Shown: positions 1-13,920 of the stretch, one piece after another
Layout of the letters: the number at the start of each line of letters is the position of its first letter
How positions within the stretch are numbered: the first letter of the stretch is position 1
DNA from: Camelus dromedarius
Lineage: Eukaryota
DNA length: 64,000 nt
Direction of reading: 5' to 3'
Assembly (NCBI RefSeq): GCF_036321535.1
Contig: NC_087447.1
Span: 44,642,001-44,706,000 of the forward strand
The notes under the pieces: generated by a model
Database searches by the model: none
Seen by the model: the letters and a program-made list of their open reading frames with translations, nothing else
What the model was told of the DNA's origin: nothing
Program-made: the position numbers and the translations under genes

Positions 1-699
1 GAGATATGGGTGGTGCTCACGGGGGCATGGGAGTGGACAGCTGAGGTGAAGTGAAGGAAGAGCTCACAGTGGGGTGAGGAGGCTGAGGTACTAAAATCTT
101 GATAGTGGGGGGGGGGTCACCCTATAGATGTCAGAGCCACTGAGGATGATGGCAGGAGGGTGTGTTAGTGGAGGTATGGATAACGGAAGAGAGTGCACCA
201 GAAGAAAGACTTCAGCAAGGGGAGAAGCAGCCACGAAGTCAGTGGAGACAATATCAAGGAGGGGTGTTGGAGGCAGAAGGCACGAGCTTCCAGAGCCGAA
301 GAAGAAGAAGAATTTAGAAGTGATCCAGTTGGGGGCGGGGAGGACTCAACCCCACCTTCTGGCCCTGAGGAATGTGGAGTATGAGATGAAAACCACTCTA
401 ACCTCAAGGAGACTGCAGAGGAAACTAGGTCACAAAGAAGTTAATATTTGTGAAGCACTTAGAATCGTGCCTGGCACATAGTGTTGGTTAAATACATAAA
501 AATTAATTAATTCAGATGGAGAGATGTAGAGAACTTTCAGAGAAGAGATAGAGGACGTGGGAAAGTTTGCACTATGCAGATCTTCCCTCCACAAGTTTGT
601 AGTCTCTGAACACAGCTGCCGACAGCCTGTTTCTAGTAAGATTCCTCCCCTCCCTGTTCTCCAGGACCACCCCGCCCCTTTACTTTCAGCAGCTGATCT

Positions 700-1710
700 T
701 GCCTGAGGCAAGCTAGGCATCCTCTACTTTTGCCCCCCTGTGCTCAAGTACATCTACCTCTCTTTTCTCTTCCCTCCATCCAGAGGATGGGGTCCACTCC
801 CCATCTTCAGGCCAGCCTGAGCCACTCTCCCATCCCCAGATCTTGTCCCATGTCTCTTAGTCTTCTCCCCCTCTCCTTCTCTACTCGCTCCTCAATTTAT
901 AAACATGCTCCATGCTCCCATTACACACAGATAAGAACTCCCCCTTGTCCCTTTGTCTCTCCCAGCTGCCAGCCAGTCCCTCAACCTCCTCAGTCAAACT
1001 GCCAACCTCCCATTCACTCCTCAACTGGCAACAGTGAGCCTGCCTTCTGCCACCACTCCACTCACTCTTTTCCTTACAGATAAAAGTACTCTTACAGTTG
1101 CCAAATTCAACGGGCATATTCCAGTCCGTCCCTTCCCTGACTCTTAGCTGCTTTTGCCGCTGACGACGACTTATTCTCTTCTTCTGGAACTGCATGCTCA
1201 CTTTGCTGCCCTGACATTGTCTTTGCTTCTGCCTCTCTGCTCGTTCTTTGCTCTCCTCATTCAGTACTTGCTGAGTGCTCTGTCCTGCTCTAGGCACTGT
1301 ATGCCCCTTCTTGGCGACCACATCCTCTCCCATGGCTACAGAGGCCATCTAAATGTTGATGACCTTTCCATACTCATCTCTAACCTGGCTTCTTCCCAAT
1401 TACTGGTCCCCTCTGCCCAGATGTCCCACTGTTTCAGTAAACTCAACCAGGTCAATGCTGAACTTCCCTATTAACCACTCCTCTTTCTATGTTTCTCATC
1501 GTGGTGACTGTCACCACCATCCACTCAGTTACCTAAGCTAGGAATCTGGGAGGGAACACTCATGTCTCACTCCCCGTATCTAATCAAACAGCACCTCCTG
1601 CTGGCTGTACTTCTTAAATACTTCTCAAATTTGTTCCACCTTGGCCTTCTCAAATTGCTATTGCCTAGATCCAGGTCTGCCTCACCTCTTGCCTAGACTA
1701 TTGCAAGAGT
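700..1710. mobile_element. Ancient L2 fragments (boundaries approximate)
   Basis: Pyrimidine-rich L2-like phrases, e.g. GCCTAGACTATTGCAA and CCATCCACTCAGTTACCTAAGCTAGGAATCTGGG. Confidence 0.5.
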
Positions 1711-3049
1711 GTCTTGGTTAAGCACATGCTTTGCCTTGGGTCTGGCTCCAGTGCTCACTAGCTTTGTTACCCTGGACCACTTACCCTTTCCGAGTCCATT
1801 AACAAACAGAGCGCTTAATAAATGGCAGTTGGATGCTGGGGATGCTGCTGCTGCTACCCCTTATCTGCTGTCTCATCACCTTCACCTTCACCCTCTGCGC
1901 AGAGGCAGTGAAGGGGAGTTTGACAAAGTGTAGAGCTGGCGATACCGTGCTCCTGCAACTCCCTAGTGCTGTTGGGGTAACTTCTAAACTCCTTGGTGTG
2001 GCCCAGGAGCCCTCCGTGAGCTGGCCCCTGACTCTCTCTCCAGACTTCTCTTACCATTCCTTGCTTTCGACTTGGTCTCCAGCCACCTCAAACTGCTTAT
2101 AATTCCCTACCCAGAGGGTGCTTTTTCTGCTACCTTCTGTATCTGGACACCCTGCCTCCTCTCCCTGCACCTTTCTTTGGCCAGACTAACAGTTATCTGT
2201 CCATGAAGATTTTGCTTTTGTCACCTCCTTTGCAGCCCTTCCCTGGCTACCCTCTCTACCCACCCTTGACCCAATGCCCCTTCTGTGCATTTCTGTATCA
2301 TTGCATCTACTGTATTCCTTACCTTAATGAGAAGTAACACTAATAGCCCACAATACATAGTGCTTTCTGTGAGTCAGGCATGTAAGCACTTTACATTTAA
2401 TTCTCCACATCTTGTAAAGCCTGTGCTGTCTCCGTCTTACAAAGGAAGGATCCTTGGCTCGTAGAAGTTAAATACCTTGTCAGGGTTCACACAGTGTAAC
2501 AGGTGACCTGGGAACTGAACCCAGGCATCCTAGCTCCAGGACCCATGCCTTTAATCATTACATGTTCTCTTTCTATAAGCTCTATTTCTGCAACTTTTTT
2601 TTCTCTGTAGACTAGAAGTATTTTAGAGGTAGGCACTGTGGTTTATCTTTGTATCCCCAGAGCCTGGCACAAATTTGGCAAGAGTAGGCAGTCAGTAAAT
2701 GTTTAATGAGTTAGTGGGGTGGGGTGGCGGAGGGGCTTCACACATTTTCTGTGAGAAGGGTTTGTAAACACCTGTGAAAGGTGAACCCCTGTTTGTGCAC
2801 ACTGTGAGGAATGCGGATATATCTGCTCTTCTGAGAGACTTCAGGGATGTGTTTCCACTCAGATGTGAGGAGTGAGGCCTTTTACACCTGCTGGTAAGAC
2901 AAGATGCACGTGCCAACCAGAGGTTTCGAAATGAAGTGTAGCAGCACACCTGTGAGAAGAGGGATTGGCACCCATGGCAGGTGTGAGGACGGGTGCACGG
3001 ACACAGCCCCACCCCTTCATTCCTTTGATTCCCCCTCCTCCCTGGCCAG

Positions 3050-6000
3050 ATGCCTCCAGAACTACATCCCTGCCCAGAGCCTGACGCTGTCTTGTCCAGT
3101 GTGTCGACAGACGTCCATCCTCCCTGAGCAGGGCGTCTCCGCACTACAGAACAACTTCTTCATCAGCAGCCTCATGGAGGCCATGCAGCAGGCACCTGAT
3201 GGGGCCCACGACCCCGAGGACCCCCATCCCCTCAGCGCAGTGGCTGGCCGCCCCCTCTCCTGCCCCAACCATGAAGGCAAGGTGGGCCCAAGCAGGCCCA
3301 GTGAGGCCAGGACTTGGGGTGGGCGGGCAGGAGAGGTCGGGGGAGGGGCCGAGTGGCTGTGGGTGAGAGGGTGTTTCTCTGGATAAGCGGTCCAGGTAGA
3401 GGGGCGCACCTGGAAGGGGAGAGGGAGGAGGGCAGATGAGGGAGGGGAGGGGACAAATAAGTTTGGTGTCTAGTCTTTGCCTGACTAGAGTCCTTATGCT
3501 GCCAGACGATGGAGTTTTACTGTGAGGCCTGTGAGACGGCCATGTGCGGCGAGTGCCGCGCGGGGGAGCACCGAGAGCACGGCACCGTGCTGCTGCGCGA
3601 CGTGGTGGAGCAGCACAAGGCGGCCCTCCAGCGCCAGCTCGAGGCGGTGCGCGGCCGGTAGGCGCCTGGCGGGAACCCTGGCTGGTGGGGCCTTACGGGA
3701 TGGTGTTTTAACAGGGACAGGGGAGGGGTCCCGGGGAGGGAGAGACAAAATTCTCAGGGAGGGAAGGGGGGTCTCAGGGAAGGGGAGTCCTGGACGGCAA
3801 CAGTAGAGAGAAGGAATGGTCTGGTAAGGGCACCCTCAGGTGACCCCGGTATGAGACGCTTCCCCTCCCCAGACTGCCACAGCTGTCCGCAGCCATCGCC
3901 TTAGTGGGGGGCATCAGCCAGCAGCTGCAGGAACGCAAGGCCGAGGCCCTGGCCCAGATCAGCGCAGCCTTTGAGGACCTGGAGCAAGCGCTGCAGCAGC
4001 GCAAGCAGGCTCTGGTCAGCGACCTGGAGGCCATTTGTGGGGCCAAGCAGAAGGTGCGTCTGCCCACCCTATCCTACCACCGTCAATCATGAAATGGCTT
4101 TATTGCCTCCATGCTTCCCTTGCTTTCCACACCTGTGCATCCATCCCTAGTCTATAGTTTCTGCCTCCTGACGTGGCCCATAGGTGCTGTGGGCATCTCT
4201 GTCCCTTGTCCACTCTCACCCTCTTGTATTTTTTTCATGCCATAGTACTACAAGCTCAGCAGGAATCAGAGGCACTCGCCTAAAATCCCCTCTCCACTTC
4301 CTGACCAGTCTGCTCACCCAGTCCTCCCGTAACCCCTCCTCAGGTGTTGCGGACGCAGCTAGACACTCTGCGCCAGGGGCAGGAACACATCGGCAGTAGC
4401 TGCAGCTTCGCAGAGCAGGCCCTGCGCCTGGGCTCGGCCCCAGAGGTGTTGCTGGTGCGCAAGCACATGCGAGAGCGGCTGGCAGCGTTGGCGGCACAGG
4501 CCTTCCCGGAGCGGCCCCACGAGAATGCGCAGCTGGAACTGGTCCTCGAGGTCGATGGGCTGCGGCGCTCGGTGCTCAATCTGGGCGCGCTGCTCACTAC
4601 GAGCGCCACTGCGCATGAAACCGTGGCCACAGGCGAGGGCCTGCGCCAGGCGCTGGTGGGCCAGCCTGCCTCGCTCACCGTCACTACCAAAGACAAGGAT
4701 GGGCGGCTGGTGCGCACAGGCAGCGCCGAGCTGCGCGCGGAGATCACCGCCCCCGACGGCACCCGCCTGCCCGTGCCGGTGGTGGACCACAAGAATGGCA
4801 CGTACGAGCTGGTGTACACGGCACGCACCGAAGGCGAGCTGCTCCTCTCGGTGCTGCTGTATGGACAGCCGGTGCGCGGCAGCCCCTTCCGCGTGCGTGC
4901 CCTGCGCCCTGGGGACCTGCCACCTTCCCCCGACGATGTCAAGCGCCGCGTCAAGTCCCCCGGCGGCCCTGGCAGCCACGTGCGGCAGAAGGCAGTGCGT
5001 AGGCCCAGCTCCATGTACAGCACCGGCGGCAAACGGAAGGACAACCCTATTGAGGACGAGCTTGTCTTCCGTGTTGGTACAGAGGGCGAAGGGCAGAGCC
5101 AGATGAGGGTGGCGCAGGCGGGAGTAGGGAACAGGGCGGGGCCAGAGGCTCAAAATGACCTCAGTGTGAATTTTTTAATTTCCATCCTATCTCTTCCCCA
5201 CAGGCAGTCGAGGAAGGGAGAAGGGTGAATTCACCAACCTACAGGGTGTGTCTGCAGCCAGCAGCGGCCGCATAGTGGTAGCGGATAGCAACAACCAATG
5301 TATCCAGGTAAGCCCTCCCCCACCACCAAAATAAAGATTTTCAAGTTACAGCTTCTTAAAAAAAAGAGAGAGAGAAAGAGTATACAGGTCACCTCCTGAA
5401 AGATGAAACCCTACAGATAGGGTTCCTTAACAAGCAATGAATCATAGCACCACCTCTCACCCACCTACTTGCCACCCCTTCCTCACTGGCTGCGCAGTAA
5501 CCAACACGTTCACAGCTAGGCACCGGGGTTGACCTTGCTGGCAGCCCCTACCTCCCAGGCTGTGGCTTAGACCCGACCAGCTCCTGGACCCCAAAGAGCT
5601 GGTTCATTCTTCCTTCCCCTCTGCCTCCACCTAAGCCTCCACCTGGCTGGCTTACTTTCTCCCCTTTTCACCACCACATGGTCAGGATGCAGGCTCTGCC
5701 CTCCCCTGCTATCTTCCTACTGCCTGTGTGGCTCCAGAATGTGTGTTGTCTCTGTCAGTCTCTGCAGACATCCTGTTGACTAGACAGTCACATTGGGGTA
5801 ACTTGTGAAAAGGGGCGCCTCCAGTGGCTAGACCGTAGTGCAGTCTCATAAGTGGTCCTGCCCCTGGCCTTCCCAGAGCCTCACTCCCCTGAGTAAAGCA
5901 CCCACTACATGAATGGACAGGCCTCTGCTGTACTTCCAGCTCCTTAAAGCCAGAAAATGTTTTTTACTCTCTCTGTTCCCTGTTGTGAGCCTAGGAGCGG

Positions 6001-9000
6001 GCAGAGCCTAGTGGCGGGTGCCAGTGTGATAGACGCAGTAGAGCAGGGAAAAGCTCAGGCTCTGAAACCAGGCACCTGGGCTTGAATCCTAGCTCTGCCA
6101 CTTACTGACAAGTCATGTGACACCTCCGAGCTTCTGTGAACTCATGTGTAAAATTAGGAAAAGAATACCTCATAGGGTTGCTGGGAGCACTGAGTGACAT
6201 AATGTACCATGCCTGACACCTGGTGAGCCTTCTAATGTTAGCTGTTGAAAATATCATTGTCCAGGTGGAGGCTGTAGACAAAAGCCAGGAGGTGGGAAGG
6301 TACTGGAAGGGGTTGTTCAGGGAACTCGAAGGATCCCAGAGAGGCTGGAGGTGGATTACGATTAGGAGTTGGGCAGCTGAGGTCACGCTGTAAATGACTT
6401 TGGAGAGGAAGCTGTGGGATTTTGATTTTATCCAGGATTGTTTCTAATTGCCATAAACTTTCAGTTCTTGGGAACATTTTATCAGGTAGCAAAACTTCCC
6501 TGAAGATCCTTACATCACATCTGAACATTTAAACTTCTTACTGACCTGCTGCCTGGGTACCCCTGTCACAGATCCAGCTCTGCCAAAGGGCTGTCACCTC
6601 CATGCCAGCTCCTGGCCCTTGCTGGCCACCTAGCCAACTGAAGGTGCCAGGAAATCTTACGGGGGCCCAGGAAGATGTGCCACTTTGTCTCCCCAACGGG
6701 AGGCTGTGCTTGTCCCTTGTTTCACAGCGTAGGGACTTAAGAGGGAGGACCCAGTCCCTTCCGAACGCTTGTTTTTCCTACAGCCATCCTCCCTGCCCCT
6801 GGTCCCAACCGCACTCCAACCTTGTAGCTTCTAGGAGCCTGGCTCTCAGATTCCAAAGCAGTTTCTCCTTCTCTTACTCTGGGGTCCTCAGGCCTGGTAT
6901 GGGCCAGGCTCCCACGTGGACTATGGCTCCCTACTTAGTTCATGAGGATTGCAGTCCTCTGAACTTTTCCTCCTTTGGACCTGGCTCTGGTGGTGGCAAA
7001 TCCCCTCCTTGTGCTGAATCAGCATCAGCTGACAGAAGAGAGAAAACATTTTGTGATTTTGAATGAAGAATATGATTTGTATAACATCCTGGTGTGATTG
7101 TCTTAGTCTAGAAATTCTATCAGCTTTTCCATGAAAATGTCCTCATTTCCTTCAGACAGAATGTTAATCACATTCTCCTCTGAGCTCCCTCAGCCTTTTG
7201 CCATAGTACTTTGCATACTTTACCAGAATCACTGGCTTGTTTGCTTTATTTTGCTTTAGCTTCTCTCTCCCCCGACTCGACTCAGATCCTGAAGTTGCTT
7301 ACTGCTACTATGGCATAGGAGAAAGATGTTCAGGACCAAATTAGGGCACCAGCAGATTCTAGAGATAAGGAAGCAAACACAGCTGGTTTCCAGGAGCCCT
7401 CAGATGTCAGGGCAAAGGGAGGGATCAAGAATTGCAGGCTGGGTGCCCTGGGTAGGTGTTGCCATTCAGGAGCAGGCCTGGGAGTAAGTTGATGAATTCG
7501 CTTTTGTGTGTGTTGAGTTGGAGATTGCTGTGCAGCATCCAAGTTGAAGCTGTCCGATTCTGGTCCGAGACTGAGCTGAGGAATTCATGCATTTGTTAAA
7601 TGTTTGCTGTGTGCCAGTTTGCCGCACCAGTGCTGCAAATGCAGCAGCGAACAGAACAGACACGGTCCCTGCTTTACCTGGAGCTTACATCCTTGGCGGG
7701 GGACAAGGATATTTAAGAGCTATTTAGTCACAGAAGTGACAGTGGGTATGAAAAGAGCTAAAACACATATATCATGGAGACCTAACTTTATGTATGTGTG
7801 TTGGTTCAGGGAGTGGAGTTGATCATTAAAAGCTGCTCTGAAGAGGTGACTGGGAAATTCTGAGAACTGGAAAATGAGTAGGAGTTGGCTAGGTGTAAGG
7901 GGTGGGACAGGATGGGATGGGAAGAGCAAGACAGCCCCCCACCCCCACCCCAGCCAAGCCTCAGTGTTGAGCTGGAAACTATGCTGCCGAGGCTGGAAGA
8001 GGCAGACGTGTTGCCACAGTGCTGATCTGGTGGTAGCTCTAAGTCTCTCTCACAGCAGCTCTTCAGCCCATGGTGCCTACCTTCTTGTGCTGACAAGTGC
8101 TGTCCAACCACAGGGGAGCAGTGCAGAATCCAAAGGCTGTTCTGATCAGCCAGGGGAGGGCAAGATTCAGGGTCCACATCAGGAGGGAGTGATGTCCATT
8201 GATGGGACCAGTTCAAACAGCCCTGCAGGCCTAAGAAATGGGGATGGTACAGGAGAAGAGGGACCAGTCCATTAAGAAGGGAGCAAGTTTGGATCAGAGA
8301 GCAAGGCCAGTTTCTCCAGTGCTGCCCCTGACTTGATTCATCTTATGTCTCTAGAGCCTCTAACAAAGCAGTGTGTGAGATGTGTGCAGTGAGTGATGTT
8401 TTGGCTGTGCAGGAGAGGCCAAAAGGCTTAACTCTACAGGAGAGGAGCATTAAAACAGGTGCTTTTAGGATGGGGAGACCTGAGCGTGTTGGGCAGCTAA
8501 GGTGGAGGAGGTTGGAGAGGGCAGGAGTTTGAAGGGTTTAACCCTGTCAGGGAGCAAGGTCACCGTATCAGTCTCACAGCCCGGATGGGCTAGTCCTTGC
8601 CCATCCCCCTACCCTCACCTGCCCCTTCCTTGTCTGCTACGAAGTCTTATTGAGTCTTCCTCCTCCATGTCTCTTGAGTCCATCTACTTCCCTCTAGCAA
8701 GTGGTCCCAGCCAGCGTCATTTCTCACCTGGACCACTGCAGCACCTCTGACTGGTTGGCTAGCTTCCAGTCCTGACTCCTTCCTGCAGCCAGAGTGCTCT
8801 TTCTGAAAAAGCTTCCATGTGTTTTTTCCTACACCACCAAGCAATTCTCCAAGTCTCAGTGAACACTGACCAGGGGTCCTGTAAATTTGATTCAATTCTG
8901 ACACGGTCCACCTGGAGATAGTGTCACATCCCACAGGTTAAGGGCTCAGTTCCGAAAGACTGGCTCTACTTCAGATGCCAATTGAAAGTTCGGCTTGTCG

Positions 9001-12000
9001 CCTGTACTGACCAACCAGCTGTAAATTGGAAGTTCCCACAACCCACTTTTGGGGTTTAATTAATTAGCTAGAGCAGCTCACAGAAGTCCAGGAAACATTT
9101 AATTATGTTTACCAGTTTACTATATGGAATACAGATGAACAGCCAGGTAAGAGTTACGTAGGGTGAGGTCTGAAAGAGTCCCTAGTGTAGGAGCTTTGGT
9201 TCCTGTGGAACTGGGGTACACACCCTCCTGGCACCAATCCGGAAGTTCATCAAATCTTGTTGTTCAAGAGTATTTAGAGAGCTTAATCTGTGCTTCCCAC
9301 CCGTTCTCCTTCCCAGAGGTTGGTGGGCAGGGCTGAAAGTTCCAGCTCTTCAATTGCATGATCTTTCTCGAGACCAGCCCCTCCTGAAGCCATCCAGGGA
9401 TCTCACCCTACGTCTCCTCATTCGCATAAGCTCAAAAGGGCTCCTTTTGAATGACAGAAGACACTCCCATTAATCTAGAAATTCTGAGGGTTTGAGGAGC
9501 TCTGTGCCAGGCAAGGGGGACAAATACCAAATCTATTTCTTATTTTACCATCAAAGCAAATCTCATCTTGTCACTCACAATTTTCAGTGAATCCTCATTA
9601 TACCCAGAATAAAATCTTTTTCCTTTTGTTCTTTATGGGCCTGCCTGCTGCAATCCAGCCACACTGGACAGCAGCGTCCATACTGGACTCTGTGCCATTT
9701 ACACACTGATGACTCTGCTTAAACACCTTTCTTCCTCCTTCTTTACCTGACAACTTTGGTTCCTCTCTTAGCATCCTTATTAGGCTCTTAGCTCAGATGG
9801 CCCCTGCTCTTGGAGCCTTTCCTGACCACCCCCACCCCTTTCACAGTCTTACAATCCCATTCGCCCCTCTGCTGCATGTCCCCTAAGGTGCAGGCTGTGT
9901 CTGAGTCTTCTCTGTACCCCCAGCAGGGTGTCGGTAAGTACTTGCTGAATGAGGAATGAATTGGGGTCTCCTCCCTCAGGATCCTGCTCCCTTCCCTCTG
10001 TGCCCACAGTCTCTCCCCTCCTGCCCACTCCCTCCCTTGCTCCTCTGCTCCAGGTTTTCTCCAACGAAGGCCAGTTCAAGTTCCGCTTCGGGGTCCGAGG
10101 CCGCTCGCCTGGGCAGCTGCAGCGCCCCACAGGAGTGGCGGTGGACACCAACGGAGACATTATCGTGGCAGACTACGACAACCGCTGGGTCAGCATCTTC
10201 TCCCCTGAGGGCAAGTTCAAGGTGAGAGGCCTACTGTCACTCTACTCTGCACCCCTGGTGGCCAGCTGAGGTGATCATTCTAGTGCCTCCTGGTGGTCAG
10301 GTCCTGGAATGCTTGGTCCATCCCCAACCTGAGGTTCTGCTTTGCTGCCAGGCTGGGACTACTCTCCCACCAGGCAGGTTAGAGCCCCTAACGGGTGTGC
10401 CCTTCCTCCAGACCAAGATTGGAGCTGGCCGCCTCATGGGCCCCAAGGGAGTGGCCGTGGACCGGAATGGACATATCATTGTGGTCGACAACAAGTCCTG
10501 CTGCGTCTTTACCTTCCAGCCCAATGGCAAGCTGGTTGGCCGTTTTGGGGGTCGTGGGGCCACTGACCGCCACTTTGCAGGTATTGGGGGAGAATTCAGA
10601 GACCTATTCTGATACCCCAGTCCTAGAGAGCTTGCCTGGGTGCCCCAGCTCCAGAGACCCCTCCTGCTATATTTTGGCCCTAGGGGACCCCTCCCTTCAT
10701 GGTGTCCTAGTAGCACCATCCCAGAGACCTCCCCGTCTCCTAGCACCCCAGCTCTCTCATCCCAAATGCTCTTCCCCATCCCACTCAGCATCCCAGCTTA
10801 CTGCCAGAGAGCCTACTTTGTATTTTCAGGGCCCCATTTTGTGGCTGTGAACAACAAGAATGAGATTGTAGTAACGGATTTCCATAACCATTCAGTGAAG
10901 GTCAGTGTTCCCCCTCCCTCCAGGACCACTGTCCCAACATCCTTTCCTCTTCCACAAGACTCCTCTCCCCCTCACTTCCTTCTTTTCTCCCTTGAGATCA
11001 TTGATTTGAACAGTCAACATTCATGGCATGGCTCCGTTGTCCCAGGCACTATGCTAGAAGCTGGGAATACAGTGATGAGTAAGGCAAATATGTTCCTTAT
11101 CTTTTAGGAGGGGTGTGGTCCAGTAGGGGAGAGAAAAAGGTGCTAGGATATTACAGTGTGATGTGATAGATTCTGTGATAGGGGAGTGCAGGGAACTGGG
11201 GGAAGGCGTAGCAGGAGCATTTGATTCAGGTGAGACAGAGAATGACCTAAAGCACAAGTGGGAATTAACCAGAAGGAGGAGGGACAGGAGGAGCCAAGAA
11301 CTAGAGGTGGGAACCCTTACCGTGTAGTCAAGGAATTCCAAGTAGTTCAGACTGGATTTGAGGAGGGGAGTGGTTCCAGGTGAGAACAGGGCTGGCTCAT
11401 TCCCTTAAGGGGCTTCCTCTCTTCCTAAGAGCCACAGGGAGTCACTGAAGGATTGCGGGCATCAGGGTGATGCAATCCTGTGTGTCTCAGAAAGATTGCT
11501 CTGGCTGGGGCGAGACTAAAGGCAGGAAGATCAATCTTTTGCAATCATCCAGATGAGGACCATTGCAGTGGCAGTATGTGTATCGGGTACAGATTGAAGA
11601 TAGAATCAGCGGGTTGTGGTAATTCATTGGCTGTCAAGCAAAGGAGAAGGTGGAGTCGAGAATGACTCATGGCCACCTGGGTGTTGCCAATCACTGAGAA
11701 AGAGAACATAGAAGAACTGCTTTCCCTGGGAAGATGAGCCGTTAGATCTGAGATGCCCAAGGGACATCAGCTGGCGATGTCCAGTAGGCAGTGAGATGCA
11801 TGGACGTGAAGCCTGGAAAGAACTGGTTTGTAACTGCAGATCTGGGGGTCCTCAGCCCTGGGACTTCACCTCTTCCTCTTCCAAAGCCCCGCCCTCTGCC
11901 TGAGGCCAGGTCCCCAGTCCCCAGCCCTCTCCCCCTGCCAGGTGTACAGTGCCGACGGAGAGTTCCTCTTCAAGTTCGGCTCCCACGGCGAGGGCAATGG

Positions 12001-12357
12001 GCAGTTCAACGCCCCCACGGGAGTAGCTGTGGACTCCAATGGGAACATCATCGTGGCTGACTGGGGCAACAGCCGCATCCAGGTGAGGCGGGCCCAGGGA
12101 TGGCATGAGGGGGAGGTTTCCTGCTGGGCCCCACACACCCCCCTCCCAAGATGCTGCCACCCACCTGATCTCACCTACGCCTCCAATCTCCACTCCTCCC
12201 CCAGGTGTTCGACAGCTCTGGCTCCTTCCTGTCCTATATCAACACATCTGCAGAGCCACTGTATGGCCCCCAGGGCCTGGCACTGACCTCGGATGGCCAC
12301 GTGGTGGTGGCTGATGCTGGCAACCACTGCTTTAAGGCCTATCGCTACCTCCAGTAG
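3050..12357 (+). CDS. TRIM3: Tripartite motif protein 3 (RING/B-box/coiled-coil/filamin/NHL), 5'-partial; first coding exon lies upstream of the window
   Basis: Exons 3050-3281, 3506-3657, 3873-4053, 4344-5076, 5204-5307, 10054-10221, 10412-10580, 10830-10900, 11942-12082, 12205-12357 (TAG). All GT-AG and phase-consistent. Peptides: RING end [21 protein letters not shown]-box [16 protein letters not shown], filamin repeat ([13 protein letters not shown]), NHL repeats, C-terminus [10 protein letters not shown]. Confidence 0.98.
6030..6245 (+). mobile_element. MIR SINE
   Basis: CCTGGGCTTGAATCCTAGCTCTGCCACTTACT...ACCTCATAGGGTTGCTG core. Confidence 0.7.
8818..9553 (-). mobile_element. Solo LTR, MER21-like
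   Basis: TG...CA ends. Shares blocks (GCTAGAGCAGCTCACAGAA; GGAGCTCTGTGCCA; TACCATCA) with 60941-61515 in the opposite orientation. Inserted in an L2 fragment. Confidence 0.7.
10281..10299 (-). promoter_or_regulatory. CTCF motif in a TRIM3 intron
   Basis: Reverse complement TGACCACCAGGAGGCACTA is close to the consensus TGGCCACCAGGGGGCGCTA. A weaker copy lies at 10246-10264. Confidence 0.6.
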
Positions 12358-12754
12358 CTGCACAGGGGCCCTGCCTGGCTCATGGAGGGACGGACATAGG
12401 GGTGATTGGACAAGATGGTCTGGCCAGAAGGTGGGCCAGACCTGGCAGCACTGAATGTGGGCTGCGGGCGTCAGCGCGCCCAGTGGCCTCCCTCTCCCCA
12501 TCTCCCAGCCCCACGGTTGCACTTTATTTATTCGGTTCTTGCTTTGGTGACTGGGTGGGCCTGGACTGTGGTCCCAAGGATGTGTGCAGAGCTTCACCCT
12601 CCCCTCCCAACCTCCACACCTCCCCGTCCCCTCAGTCTGCTCCCCATCCCCCAGCCTGGGGCCAGAACAGCCTCTTACTCCAGGGCAGAAGTCCCTCTGG
12701 TTGTCTCCCTACCACCCGTACACACTGACAGAGACAGCAATACCCCACCCCCAT

Positions 12755-12764
12755 ATTAAATAAA
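12755..12764 (+). terminator. TRIM3 polyadenylation signal (overlapping ATTAAA/AATAAA)
   Basis: ATTAAATAAA about 400 nt after the stop, followed by a GT/T-rich downstream element (GTTGTGTTGTTTT). Confidence 0.85.
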
Positions 12765-13792
12765 TGCGTTCACCAAGATGGTTGTGTTGTTTTCTTGCCG
12801 GCTGGGAGGGGAGGGGATGGCGGGACCAGATCTGGACTAAAATGTGGGCAAGCAGCCAGGGAGGGGACTGATTCCCAAATGTGCCCTGATGTTTTGAAGC
12901 TTCAGGAGTGGAGAGCGAGAGAGAGGGAACCCTGGGACTCAGCCACTGTAAATGCCTGCCCCCAGGCCCACATCTTCTGTAGAAATAGTAAGTCCTTTGG
13001 CTGTCTGCTGAGAGGAGCCTGGAAAAATGACCCTTGCCGAGAACACAGCCAGCAGCGGCCAGGAGAACAGTTGCAGGGATGGTGGCCATCCTGGAAGCCC
13101 GGGCCTGGGTTAGGGACCAGGGACAAGCCCAGGTGGGAGCTGGGTGTGGGAGCCTCTGTGGCCAGTTCTAAAGCTCAGTCCTGAAGCCTGGGAGCAATGC
13201 TTCATCCGTGACTGCTGCCCCTTCCCCACAGTGGAACAAGGGTCCCAGCACCCTGGCCCAAGCCCTCTTTTGCCAGGATTTGGCTGCCAATTCTGGAGAT
13301 AATTACCACCAACGCTCAGTGACTGGGGAGGTGGCACTGTGGTTTCTCCCGCTCTACAAATGGCTGAAGCTGCTCTTCATTGCTGAGGAAGAGCAGAGCC
13401 CAGGCTTGTATCTGTAGCTGTCATGCTCCTAACTGGGCAGTGACAGCACCTTACTCATTCTCATTCCCCTCGCACCCGGCGCGGCAATTGGCACAGAAGA
13501 CACTCACAGGATTTGGGGAATGATGGATCTGGGAAGGTTGGTTTGTGAGACATCGTGGGAAAGTTCAAGACTTTGTCCTGGTGTAGCAACACGACTCCTG
13601 GAGCAAGATGGGAGAGCTTGTCCATGGACCTGTGGGAGACCATAGGGGCTTTGCAGGGAACAAGGGGCACTGTGTGGACCACAGGGAAGTCTTGGTGACA
13701 TTCACCTCCCTGGTTCTTTTTGACCCCACTGGTTGGGATCTGGTAGGCAGGTGGAGGGACATAAGAACTCCCTGAACTCTAGGGCAAGCATC

Positions 13793-13920
13793 TTTTTTTT
13801 TTTTAATTCTATTTTTTATTGAAGCATAGTCCATTTACAATGTTAGTTTCATGTGTACAGAAAAGCGATTCAGTTATACATATATATACATATATTTTTT
13901 CAGATTCTTTTCCATTATAG
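13793..13920 (-). mobile_element. 5'-truncated L1 3' end with target-site duplication
   Basis: Poly(T) at left. TSD TAGGGCAAGCAT (13780) / TAGGGTAAGCAT (13918). Confidence 0.75.

Noticed and set aside
4340..5153. Long antisense and alternative-frame ORFs (234, 264, 193 aa)
   Set aside because: Shadows of the GC-rich TRIM3 exon, with no independent domain or promoter evidence.
12355..12400. Stop-codon readthrough of TRIM3
   Set aside because: TAG CTG is not the TGA CTAG readthrough context, and the extension is short and featureless.
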